From assembly GCA_964416245.1 (NCBI GenBank), contig CAYQDG010000003.1, positions 1 through 33,391 on the forward strand: a DNA stretch of 33,391 nt, read 5' to 3'. The notes under the pieces were generated by a model that saw only the letters and a program-made list of their open reading frames with translations, did not search any database and was not told the DNA's origin. A program made the translations under genes and the position numbers. The DNA comes from Candidatus Woesearchaeota archaeon (GTDB lineage Archaea > Nanobdellota > Nanobdellia > Pacearchaeales > GW2011-AR1). This document shows positions 16,603-25,233 of this stretch, piece after piece; the stretch's first letter is position 1; the number at the start of each line of letters is the position of its first letter.

Positions 16603-16610
16603 ATTTAAAG
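16603..16610 (-). promoter_or_regulatory. TATA box for trpS
   Basis: The plus strand reads ctatttaaag at 16601-16610. The octamer centre is 26.5 nt from the ATG at 16580. The same 10-mer recurs at 27527-27536 upstream of the 27498 gene. Confidence 0.45.
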
Positions 16611-16681
16611 ATTGTCTTTAGAGCACCACATATTTTATAAATAATTTATTCTTTCTTTTATTAAATATAATCGAGAATAAA

Positions 16682-18775
16682 ATGAATAAAATATTTAATT
16701 TGGTTTTTATTGGAATTTTTTTAGTTTCAGTAGTTTCTGCAGGCGTTTCCATAGAAGAAGGTCCAAAAGAAATTTATAATTTTGGAGATTATGTTGAATT
16801 CACTCTTCATGTTTCCCCAAATGGTTATTTTGAAAATTTATTAGTTTTGAAGATGGCTTGTGGAGTTAATCAAGTTGAAATCTATCGGGAATTTATAATA
16901 ACTGAAACTGAAATTGAAAAAGAAATAAAGGTTCCTTTAGTGAAAAGTTTTATTGGTGAGTCGAAAGGTTCCTGTGTTATTAAAAGTGTTATTTCAGGAC
17001 AAGAAGAAACTATTTCTAACAAATTTAAAATTTCAGATTTTATAAAAATTGAACCAGATTATTTTGAAAGAAGTGTTTTTCCTGGAGAAAATTTGCAAAT
17101 TTATGGAAATGCTATAAAAGAAAATGGTGAAAGTGTTGAAGGAGTTATTGAAGTCAATTCTAGTTTTGGAGATTCAAATATTTTTAAATCAGGAGTTGTT
17201 GAAAATGGGGAATTTAATTTAACCATTTCTGTCCCTGAAAAATATAGGGCAGGAGAACAAAGTTTGGGATTTTATGTTTATGAAAAAGATAAAAAAGGAA
17301 ATATAATTAATGAAGGGAAAGTTTTTGATAAATTTCATGTTAAACAAGTTCCCACAAATTTGGAGATTTTTTTAGAAGAAAGTAAAATTGTTCCAGGAAA
17401 GGATTTGAGTTTTATTGTTTATTTGCATGACCAGACTGGAGAAAAAATAGATTCAGATGTTTATGTTGCTATAAAAAATGGAAAAGGAGAGATTTTTGAG
17501 AGGATTGAAACTGAAACAGGAATTGAAAATAATTATTTTATATTAGGAAATGAATCTCCTTCTATTTGGTCGATTTCTGCTTATGCGGAAGAAATAATTA
17601 ATTCTGTTGATTTGGAAATTTTAGAAAACAAAAAAATAGATTTTGATTTTATGAATGAAACCCTGATTGTAGAAAATAAAGGAAATGTTTTGTATAATGA
17701 AAGTTTGAATATTACTATTGGAGATAAATTGGTTGAAATTCCTATTTATTTGAAAGTTGGTGAAGAAGAAAAATATACAATTTCTGCTCCGAATGGTGAA
17801 TATGATGTTAGCGTTGGCGATTTTCATGAAAGAGCTCTTTTAACAGGTAATGCAATCAAGGTTCAAAGAATTTCTGATTTTAATCTTAGTTATGTAAAAG
17901 TTATTGCGTGGATTTTTATCATTTTAATTTTGGCTTTTGTTGCAAATGTAATTTTTAAGAAAGGTTACAAAAAAACTTTTTTTGGAAGAACAAGAAAAAG
18001 AAAAAAAGAAAATGTTTTACCTAAAAGAGAGAACACTGTGAAGAAAGGAATTATTAATCCTAAAACTAAAACTGAGTTATCTTTGTCTATTACTGGAACT
18101 AAACAAAATGCAATTGTTGGATGTATTTCTTTGAAGAATTATGAGGAAATTAAATCTGGGGAAGGAAATGTTCGAGAAACTTTTGAAAAAATAACTTCTT
18201 TTATAGAATCCCAGAAGGGATTAATTTACAAAAATAATAATCATTTATTTTTTATTTTGGCCCCTGTATTTACAAAAACTTTTAAGAATGAAGAGATGGC
18301 TTTGGAAATTTCAAATGAAATAGTTAAAGAATTAAAACTTCATAATAAAAAATTCAAGAAAAAAGTAAAGTTTGGGATTAGTCTTAATTATGGAACAATT
18401 GTTACAAAAGTTGGAGTTCATTCTAATCAATTTATGAGTATGGGCACTTTGATGACGGATGCAAAGAAGATGGCAAATGTTTCAATTGGGGATGTTTATT
18501 TGGGAGAAAAAGTTCGAGAAAAACTTGGTTCTAAAGTTAAGGCTGAAGTTAAACAAATTGGTTCTTTGAAATTTTATCAAATTAAAGAATTGAATTCTGG
18601 TAAAAAAGATTACTCTCCTTTTTTGAAAGGTTTTATGGAAAGGCAACAAAAGGAAAGGATTGCTAAAGAAAATGCAAAAAGAAAAGAGGAAAATAATAAA
18701 AAACAAGAGAAAAAAGTAGAAGAGGAAAAAATTGAAGATTCTTTGGATAATTTAGTTGATGATGACAATAATTGA
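16682..18775 (+). CDS. Receptor-like single-pass membrane protein: signal peptide, ~400-aa beta-rich ectodomain, TM helix, then a degenerate class III nucleotidyl-cyclase-homology domain and a K/E tail
   Basis: Signal peptide MNKIFNLVFIGIFLVSVVSAG. TM helix VIAWIFIILILAFVANVIF followed by KKGYKKTFFGRTRKRKK (positive-inside). Residues ~465-640 (nt ~18074-18600) align by eye with Guanylate_cyc: AIVGCISLKNYEEI ... KFGISLNYGTIVTKVGVHSNQFMSMGTLMTDAKKMANVSIGDVYLGEKV ... GSLKFYQIKEL. Confidence 0.65.
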   Translation: MNKIFNLVFIGIFLVSVVSAGVSIEEGPKEIYNFGDYVEFTLHVSPNGYFENLLVLKMACGVNQVEIYREFIITETEIEKEIKVPLVKSFIGESKGSCVIKSVISGQEETISNKFKISDFIKIEPDYFERSVFPGENLQIYGNAIKENGESVEGVIEVNSSFGDSNIFKSGVVENGEFNLTISVPEKYRAGEQSLGFYVYEKDKKGNIINEGKVFDKFHVKQVPTNLEIFLEESKIVPGKDLSFIVYLHDQTGEKIDSDVYVAIKNGKGEIFERIETETGIENNYFILGNESPSIWSISAYAEEIINSVDLEILENKKIDFDFMNETLIVENKGNVLYNESLNITIGDKLVEIPIYLKVGEEEKYTISAPNGEYDVSVGDFHERALLTGNAIKVQRISDFNLSYVKVIAWIFIILILAFVANVIFKKGYKKTFFGRTRKRKKENVLPKRENTVKKGIINPKTKTELSLSITGTKQNAIVGCISLKNYEEIKSGEGNVRETFEKITSFIESQKGLIYKNNNHLFFILAPVFTKTFKNEEMALEISNEIVKELKLHNKKFKKKVKFGISLNYGTIVTKVGVHSNQFMSMGTLMTDAKKMANVSIGDVYLGEKVREKLGSKVKAEVKQIGSLKFYQIKELNSGKKDYSPFLKGFMERQQKERIAKENAKRKEENNKKQEKKVEEEKIEDSLDNLVDDDNN

Positions 18776-18890
18776 TGAATTTAAATTCAGAATCAATATT
18801 TTTAGTTAATGTTTATGACAACACGGATTAAGTTTAAATTTATTGAAATATATTTCAAAATATAATTAAGGCGAATAATTTTTGGGAGAA

Positions 18891-19817
18891 TTATTTATCA
18901 GAGTTATTTAATTCTTTTTCTACTGTGTCTTTGATATCTTTTTTCTTTTGTTTTTTTATTTCTTTTTTCACAATCTTTTTTATCTCTTCTTTTGTTAAAT
19001 CATCTTCTTCATTTTTTTCTGATTCGTTTTCTGTTGGAGGAATTTCCCCTTTTTTGTCTTCTTTTTTTTCAAATATCCATCTAAAAATTTTTGTTATTTT
19101 GAATCCGATATTAAAAAACTCAAAAGCTAAACCCACCAAGAGAATGATTGAACCAATTATTAACATTGTTAAGAATACATTGTATGATCTTGTGAAGAAG
19201 AGTGAAAATATTTCTGTTAATTTTCCTTCTGGAAGTAATGTGAATAACCAATCAATTTTTCTAAAGGGAATTGAAGAAACAATCATTAAAGCTCCTGTTA
19301 TTGTCAAAGCTGATTTTTTTGATTCTATGAAGATTACTAGGAGTGTGAATAAAATAATTGAACTTATGAGAGTTAAGTAAAATTTTGATTTCCAATAATC
19401 TCTTGCGGTCTCAGAAATTAATACAAAAACTGTATCTGTATTTTTTATACAATCCCAGTATTCGCAATTGTAATCTTTATAGTAAATGTTTTTTATTGAT
19501 TTTTGAACCCCATATTCTAAAACTTTTTCTGGTCCTTGTTTTATTATTTGGCAAGGAATCTCTAGGTTTAATCCTTGTTCGCTTAAATTAAATAATTCTT
19601 CGTTTTGGCAATTAATTAGCATTAAGTTGTAATTTTCAGAAAGTGTTTTATTAATTTTCATATCTTCAATTAGTTCTGTAGCAAAATTGTTTAGGTTGGG
19701 TTCTAATGTTTCATATTCTAATGACCAGGATACAGTTAGAAATGCATTTCCTAAAAATATTGATAGAAACAACAATGAACTAAAAAATATAACTGCACCA
19801 CTTCTTATTAATCCCAT
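18891..19817 (-). CDS. Polytopic membrane protein with a Cys-containing extracellular loop and a K/E-rich cytoplasmic tail
   Basis: 308 aa. N-terminal TM, a ~120-aa loop with 5 Cys (INCQNE, IPCQ, YNCEYWDC), 3-4 further TM helices and a charged tail. TATA tttataag at 19839-19846 (-29..-22). Confidence 0.6.
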   Translation of the reverse strand: MGLIRSGAVIFFSSLLFLSIFLGNAFLTVSWSLEYETLEPNLNNFATELIEDMKINKTLSENYNLMLINCQNEELFNLSEQGLNLEIPCQIIKQGPEKVLEYGVQKSIKNIYYKDYNCEYWDCIKNTDTVFVLISETARDYWKSKFYLTLISSIILFTLLVIFIESKKSALTITGALMIVSSIPFRKIDWLFTLLPEGKLTEIFSLFFTRSYNVFLTMLIIGSIILLVGLAFEFFNIGFKITKIFRWIFEKKEDKKGEIPPTENESEKNEEDDLTKEEIKKIVKKEIKKQKKKDIKDTVEKELNNSDK

Positions 19818-19860
19818 GAATTATATAAGAAAATATTATTTATAAGGTTTTATTTGGGGA

Positions 19861-20478
19861 TTATTCCACTCCAAAACTTCTAAAAAAATTATCTAATTCA
19901 GAATCTTTTTCAATTTCTGTCCATTTTATGTATAAGTAATAATCATCTCTGTAATTTCTAGTATCTAATTTTATTTTAAATTTTTTTTCTTCATACTTTC
20001 CAACGGTTCCAATGTATTGCACATAATATCCAAATTTATCATTTTCTGAACCAAATCCTATATTTTTTATGTGCAAAGAATCATTATATTTGTTTATTTG
20101 TTCTCCCCCATATTCTGATATTTCAAATCTTTCTGCAAATACTATATTTTTGGGGTATATTAAAACTATTCCTACTTCGTTCAAATCTGTTTTATTATTA
20201 TTAATTAAAGATACATCAAATTCAATTGTCCCTATATCGTGTTTGATTAATTTTTTTGGAGGAGAAGTATAAACAAGAGATTTTTCTTGGGCATAATTTA
20301 TTATTTGCTGACAATTATCTCCGTTACAATTTGGACTATTTTGAAATGTTGTGTTTTTATTTATCTGTTCATTTTTTAATACTGCTGTCCCAAACATTAA
20401 AAAGAGAATTATTCCTGCTATTACTGCACATCCTGTTCCAACAACCCACGGGTTATTAATAATTTTTTTCAAATTCAT
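19861..20478 (-). CDS. Single-pass (N-terminal anchor) extracytoplasmic protein, unknown function
   Basis: 205 aa. TM helix VVGTGCAVIAGIILFLMFG, then NSPNCNGDNCQQ and a beta-rich domain. Confidence 0.5.
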   Translation of the reverse strand: MNLKKIINNPWVVGTGCAVIAGIILFLMFGTAVLKNEQINKNTTFQNSPNCNGDNCQQIINYAQEKSLVYTSPPKKLIKHDIGTIEFDVSLINNNKTDLNEVGIVLIYPKNIVFAERFEISEYGGEQINKYNDSLHIKNIGFGSENDKFGYYVQYIGTVGKYEEKKFKIKLDTRNYRDDYYLYIKWTEIEKDSELDNFFRSFGVE

Positions 20479-20519
20479 AAATTATGATATATTTTTCTAT
20501 ATTTAGTTTTTTGTATTTT

Positions 20520-21401
20520 TCACATACTTTTCAAAACTTTTATTCTTTCACCTAATGGAGGATGTGAGGCACCTGCGTTTTTGAAAGGGTTTGAAAAGAA
20601 TAAGGGTGCTACGGCTTTTGAGACTTTTTTTGGATTCATTGAGGAGTCTTGTTTTATTTTTTCTAGGGCTCCAATTAATCCTTGGGGGTTTCTGGTGAAT
20701 TTTACTGATGTTGCGTCGGCTGAATATTCTCTTTTTCTTGAAATTGATGCTTGAACTAACATTACAACTATTGGTGCAATTATTGCTAAAGCTATTCCTA
20801 TTATCATGAATATGGCTCCTGCTTTGTCGTCTCTATTTCTTCCCCCTCCGAACCATAAACTTCTCAAAAATATTTGGGAGATTATTGCAATCATTCCAAC
20901 CATGACTGTAACTAAAGTTATGTATCGAATGTCGTAATTTCCTATGTGCCCTAATTCGTGTGCTAAAACTGCTTCTAATTCTCTTCTTTCCAATTTTTTT
21001 AGTGCGCCTTCTGTCACGCAAATAACTGAATGTTTTGGATCTCTTCCTGATGCAAATGCATTTATTTGATTAGATTTCATTAAATATAATTCTGGCATTG
21101 GGAGGCCTGAAGCAATTGTTAATGATTCTACTAATCTATGGTAGTCGGGGTATTCAGATTTTTTTGCTTTTTTGGCGCCTACTGAAGCAATTGCAATTTT
21201 GTGGGAGTTATAATAACTAATTAATGTGTATGATAAAGAGAATATTATTGCAATTACCATAATCATTGTGAAATATTCTGGAGAGAATGCAAATGAAATG
21301 GCATAACCCAATGCTACTAAAATTATTGCTATAAAAGTTACAAGAAAAAATGATTTTCTTTTGTTCCTTGAAATTTGATCCCTAAAGTCTATATGTTTCA
21401 T
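20520..21401 (-). CDS. htpX: HtpX-type M48 zinc metalloprotease
   Basis: HELGHIGNYD (HExxH), four TM helices in HtpX topology, and C-terminal SHPPLGERI. TATA tatttaaa at 21423-21430 overlaps the lemA stop. Confidence 0.88.
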   Translation of the reverse strand: MKHIDFRDQISRNKRKSFFLVTFIAIILVALGYAISFAFSPEYFTMIMVIAIIFSLSYTLISYYNSHKIAIASVGAKKAKKSEYPDYHRLVESLTIASGLPMPELYLMKSNQINAFASGRDPKHSVICVTEGALKKLERRELEAVLAHELGHIGNYDIRYITLVTVMVGMIAIISQIFLRSLWFGGGRNRDDKAGAIFMIIGIALAIIAPIVVMLVQASISRKREYSADATSVKFTRNPQGLIGALEKIKQDSSMNPKKVSKAVAPLFFSNPFKNAGASHPPLGERIKVLKSM

Positions 21402-21425
21402 GATTAGAAATAATAATTAGTTTAT

Positions 21426-21974
21426 TTAAAATTTAACTTTTACATTCTTTTTTTCTTCTGGAGTTATTTCTAAATATTTTCTTTTATTTTTTCCAAACAT
21501 ATTTGCAAAGATTAATCCTGGGAATTTTTCAACCATGTTATTGTAAGTTAAAATTGAATCATTGTAATTTTGTCTTGCGTAAGCTACTCGGTCTTCAGTT
21601 GAAGATAATTCTCTTTGTAGTTCTAAGAAATTTGTGTTCGCCTTCAAATCTGGGTAACCTTCTGCAATTGCAAATAATTTTCCTAGTGCTCCTTCCAATC
21701 CTTTATCCGCTTTAACTTTATCTTCCACACCTTTTGCAGAAACTAGGGCTTTTCTTGCATCAGTTACTTCTTTCAAAACAGCTTTTTCATGTTTGGCATA
21801 TCCTTTTACGGTTTCAATTAAATTTGGAATTAAATCTGCTCTTCTTTTTAGTTGAACATTAATTTGAGATAAGGAATTGTCAATTCTATTTCCTAAAACT
21901 ATGAATCTGTTGTAATAACTAAAAGTAATTATTAGTAATAATGCTACAACTCCAACTACAATCCAAATTATCAT
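21426..21974 (-). CDS. lemA: LemA family protein
   Basis: N-terminal TM helix, then YNRFIVLGNRIDNSLSQINVQLKRRADLIPNLIETVKGYAKHEK ... YPDLKANTNFLELQ ... ARQNYNDSILTYNN, which is the canonical LemA sequence pattern. Confidence 0.85.
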   Translation of the reverse strand: MIIWIVVGVVALLLIITFSYYNRFIVLGNRIDNSLSQINVQLKRRADLIPNLIETVKGYAKHEKAVLKEVTDARKALVSAKGVEDKVKADKGLEGALGKLFAIAEGYPDLKANTNFLELQRELSSTEDRVAYARQNYNDSILTYNNMVEKFPGLIFANMFGKNKRKYLEITPEEKKNVKVKF

Positions 21975-21995
21975 ATTTAGTTGAACATTTGTAAA

Positions 21996-22003
21996 TTTAT
22001 AAA
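21996..22003 (-). promoter_or_regulatory. TATA box for lemA
   Basis: tttataaa. The centre is 25.5 nt from the ATG at 21974. Confidence 0.45.
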
Positions 22004-22078
22004 TGTTATCTTATGTTGTAGAAAAATTGTATTGAAGTTTTTGAAAAAGTTATTAAACTATAAAATTATACTAATAAA

Positions 22079-22246
22079 ATGACAATAAAAATAAGTGATG
22101 CATGCATTGGTTGTGGAACTTGTGCTTCTGTTTGCGAGGAAGTTTTTGAGATGAAAGGTGCGAAAGCCCATGTTAAAGCTCAGAAAGATGTTCCTTGTGT
22201 TGAAGAAGCAATCAAAGCTTGTCCAGTTAGTGCAATTAGTAAATAA
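22079..22246 (+). CDS. Small single-cluster ferredoxin (55 aa), not in the supplied ORF track
   Basis: My own translation gives MTIKISDACIGCGTCASVCEEVFEMKGAKAHVKAQKDVPCVEEAIKACPVSAISK. It has CxxCxxC plus a distal CP, the layout of Pyrococcus/Thermotoga-type mono-cluster ferredoxins. ttattaaa at 22050-22057 sits at -29..-22. Confidence 0.75.
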   Translation: MTIKISDACIGCGTCASVCEEVFEMKGAKAHVKAQKDVPCVEEAIKACPVSAISK

Positions 22247-22288
22247 AAATAGAAAAACCTTTATTAAGTATTTTTTATTAGATGTTTT

Positions 22289-24682
22289 ATGGAAAAGGTG
22301 AAAGTGACTGAGTCTGGAAAATTTGTTAAATGGTTTTCTAAGTTAAACTCTAAAGATGTTTTAGAGGCTGGAGAAAAAGGGGCCAACCTGGGAGAATTGT
22401 TCAATATGAAACTTCCTGTTCCAAATGGTTTTGTTGTCACAACTTATGCGTATGATTATTTTTTAGAAAAATCTGGAATTAAGGAAAAAATTAATTCGTT
22501 TTTAAGTCAAATTGATGTTAAGAATAACGAACAGTTAGAAAATTATATTTCTAATATTAAAAATTTAATTTTAAGAACGGAATTTCCTGAAGAATTAAAA
22601 GAAGAGATTTTGGATTCTTATGAACATTTGGGAACAGATAAATTAGAAATTGAAAAAGGTTCTGCTTTGGATATTTTGAATAATGCGGCTGAACCAATTT
22701 TTGTTGCCGTTAGAAGTAGCTTGCCTTTTGAGAAAATTTACAAAACTAATAATTTAAGAGAACAAGATACATATTTGAATGTTAAAGGAAATGATGTTTT
22801 GTTGAGCCATGTTAAGAAATGTTTTTCTTCTCTATTTAATATTGAAACTGTTAAAAGATTTTTGGGTGGGGGAAAATCTCATGATGAATTGAAAATTGCT
22901 GTTGTTATAGAAAGAATGATTGAAGGAGAAAAGTCTGGAATTGTTCATTCCACGAATAACTCGGGGGAAGTTTTTATTCAAGCTATTTGGGGGCTTGGAG
23001 AAGGATTTAATGTTCGGGAAATTACTCCCGATCAATATGTTTTATCTAAGGATTTAAAGATTTTAGATAAAAAAATAAATGAAAAAAAAGAAGGAGTTGT
23101 TAGGGATGCAAGTGGCAGTCTGAAGAAAATTCAATTAACTCCTGAAAGAAGTATTCATTCTGTTTTAACTGATTATGAAATTCAGAGATTGGGGGATTTG
23201 GCAGAAAAGATTGAGGGTCATTTTGATTCTGTTCAAGAAATTGAATTTGTAATCAGCGAGGATATTTATGTTGTTCAGACAAGAAAAGTTGATTCTTTAG
23301 AAATAAAAAATGGAACTTCAGGTAAAGAAATTGAGAATGAAGAAATTTTGAATGAAAAAGAAATATTGGGAAAGAAACGGGTTGATGAAAATGTGGGACC
23401 TGTTCAAAAAATAACAAAAACAAAATTGAAATTAGTTGTTGATTCTCCTCATTTTTTACAAGATTATAAAGAAACTGGTTTGAAAAAAATTGGATTTTTG
23501 AAAATTGAGAATATAATAAAAGAATCTGGAAAACATCCTAATTATTATTTGCGAGGTAATTATGTTAATGAATATGAAAATGTTATTTACGAGGGAATTA
23601 AACCTATTATAGATAATTTTGATGAAGTTTGGATGAGGACATCTGATTTTAAAAGTGATGATTTTAAAAATCTAGAGGGTGCACCTGAAAAACAAGAAAA
23701 AAATCCTTCTCTTGGATTACATGGTATTAGATATGGATTGAAAAATTTAGATATTCTTGAGTCAGAATTGAGGGCTTTGAAAAGAGTTTCTTCTAACGAA
23801 AATGTGGGAATCTTAATTCCTGGAATAGTTTCTGTTGAAGAATTAAAAAAAGTGAGTGAATTATTGGGGAAGATAAATTTTGCGCCTAAAATTGGAATTG
23901 TTGTTGAGACTCCTGCTGCAGTTCAGTTGATAAAAGAATTTACAGAAGAGGGAATTGATTTAATTTTAATTGAAACTAATGACTTGATTCAAAATTTGCT
24001 CTGTATTGATTTAGAAAATGAAGAGCTTGATTATTTGTATGATGATAACCATCCTGCTTTAATGTATCAATTGGAATACATGATTAGAGTTTGTAAAAGA
24101 AGAGGAATAGAAACTACTGTTTCTGGTAAAGCTTTGTTGAATGAAGGTCTTTTGAAATTTTTAATTCAGAAAGAAATTACGAGTGTTTGTGTTAAACCAG
24201 AGTTTGCTAAAAGTTTTTCTGAAAAAATTCATGGTTTTGAAAAAGAATTGTTTTCGGGGACTGATAAGGAGCCACGTAAATATGAATTAGAAAAAACAAA
24301 AGAAGAATATATTGAGGAAAAAAATGAAAAAAGTGATGAGCCTAAAACAATTGAGGATATTAATAATTTAGAAGAAAGTGAAAAATTGAAAAAAGATATT
24401 GAATTTATTGAAGATGAAAAGAAAAATTATGAGGAAAATGGCGTTTTAGAAGAAGAGAGAATTGAATCTCTTGAGCCAGAGAAAGTTGAAGAATATGGAG
24501 AAGAAGAGATTGAAGAAGTGAAGGAGCATCCAGAAGAGGAATTTGATGATAAAATTGAAAATTTCGAAGAGGAGGATATTGTCGATGATGTTGATTCTGC
24601 TCTTGAAGCAATTGAAAAAGAAAAAGACGAATATTTAGGAGAAAATTCTGAAGAAAAAAAGGATGATTTGGGAATTTTTTAA
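22289..24682 (+). CDS. PEP synthase / pyruvate phosphate dikinase-like protein lacking the phosphohistidine swivel domain, with a ~140-aa acidic tail
   Basis: The N-terminal PPDK_N pattern is VKWFSKLNSKDVLEAGEKGANLGELFNMKLPVPNGFVVT. The C-terminal PEP-utilizers_C pattern is GFLKIENI, NPSLGLHGIRYG, ILIPGIVSVEE, IGIVVETPAA, LIETNDLIQ and VSGKAL. There is no GG-x-TSHAAI-type His motif anywhere. tttattaa at 22260-22267. Confidence 0.75.
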   Translation: MEKVKVTESGKFVKWFSKLNSKDVLEAGEKGANLGELFNMKLPVPNGFVVTTYAYDYFLEKSGIKEKINSFLSQIDVKNNEQLENYISNIKNLILRTEFPEELKEEILDSYEHLGTDKLEIEKGSALDILNNAAEPIFVAVRSSLPFEKIYKTNNLREQDTYLNVKGNDVLLSHVKKCFSSLFNIETVKRFLGGGKSHDELKIAVVIERMIEGEKSGIVHSTNNSGEVFIQAIWGLGEGFNVREITPDQYVLSKDLKILDKKINEKKEGVVRDASGSLKKIQLTPERSIHSVLTDYEIQRLGDLAEKIEGHFDSVQEIEFVISEDIYVVQTRKVDSLEIKNGTSGKEIENEEILNEKEILGKKRVDENVGPVQKITKTKLKLVVDSPHFLQDYKETGLKKIGFLKIENIIKESGKHPNYYLRGNYVNEYENVIYEGIKPIIDNFDEVWMRTSDFKSDDFKNLEGAPEKQEKNPSLGLHGIRYGLKNLDILESELRALKRVSSNENVGILIPGIVSVEELKKVSELLGKINFAPKIGIVVETPAAVQLIKEFTEEGIDLILIETNDLIQNLLCIDLENEELDYLYDDNHPALMYQLEYMIRVCKRRGIETTVSGKALLNEGLLKFLIQKEITSVCVKPEFAKSFSEKIHGFEKELFSGTDKEPRKYELEKTKEEYIEEKNEKSDEPKTIEDINNLEESEKLKKDIEFIEDEKKNYEENGVLEEERIESLEPEKVEEYGEEEIEEVKEHPEEEFDDKIENFEEEDIVDDVDSALEAIEKEKDEYLGENSEEKKDDLGIF

Positions 24683-24711
24683 AATTTTTGATTTTTTATT
24701 TTCCAGCAATC

Positions 24712-24719
24712 TTTATAAA
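24712..24719 (+). promoter_or_regulatory. TATA box for the 24741..25950 two-gene unit
   Basis: tttataaa. The centre is 25.5 nt upstream of ATG 24741. Confidence 0.45.
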
Positions 24720-24740
24720 TATGGTCTTCTTTTATGAGTT

Positions 24741-25232
24741 ATGACAAAAAAAGGGGCGAAGAAGAAAAGTTCTAAAAAAAAGGCTACTCCTAGGAAGAAG
24801 GATGAAAAAGTTGAGAAGATTTTAATTGAAAATTTTGTTTCTTTACAAAAAGTTATGGTTGATTTGACTTCTAAATTTGATGGATTAACAAAAAAAATTG
24901 AAGGTTTGTTGGATTTATTTGAAGATTCTGCAAAAGCTTTGGTTAAGAAAGATTTCCACGAAGAGAAAGGAGAACAAAAAGAGTTGATTGGAAAACTTAA
25001 TTCTATTGTTGATCAAAATAAAGTTATCGCGAAGGGATTGACGTTGATGCATGAAACTGCTGCAAATCCTGGAATGCATTATTCTTTAGCACCACAAGAA
25101 AAACATAATGTTTCTAGGGTTCCAGGAAATAATGTTTCTAAAGCAAGAGTCAAGGAGGAACCAGAGTTAGATGTTCCGGAAGTTCCTCAATCGGGATTTC
25201 AGAAATCTCCTTCTGATAAAAATTTACCATAG
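24741..25232 (+). CDS. Hypothetical protein with a lysine-rich N-terminus and a coiled-coil core
   Basis: 163 aa. MTKKGAKKKSSKKKATPRKK, then a heptad-like helical region. Its stop lies 2 nt before the next gene's ATG. Confidence 0.5.
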   Translation: MTKKGAKKKSSKKKATPRKKDEKVEKILIENFVSLQKVMVDLTSKFDGLTKKIEGLLDLFEDSAKALVKKDFHEEKGEQKELIGKLNSIVDQNKVIAKGLTLMHETAANPGMHYSLAPQEKHNVSRVPGNNVSKARVKEEPELDVPEVPQSGFQKSPSDKNLP

Positions 25233-25233
25233 A

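Noticed and set aside
20520-21974. The LemA-HtpX gene pair as a novel system.
   Set aside because: LemA next to an HtpX/M48-type protease is a widely seen, already known neighbourhood. Both proteins look canonical here.
24230-24682. Long K/E/D-rich C-terminal tails as a shared functional module. Examples are 24230-24682, 18640-18775, 18891-19080 and 340-410.
   Set aside because: AAA/GAA-rich low-complexity tails are an expected by-product of extreme AT bias. There is no conserved motif among the tails.
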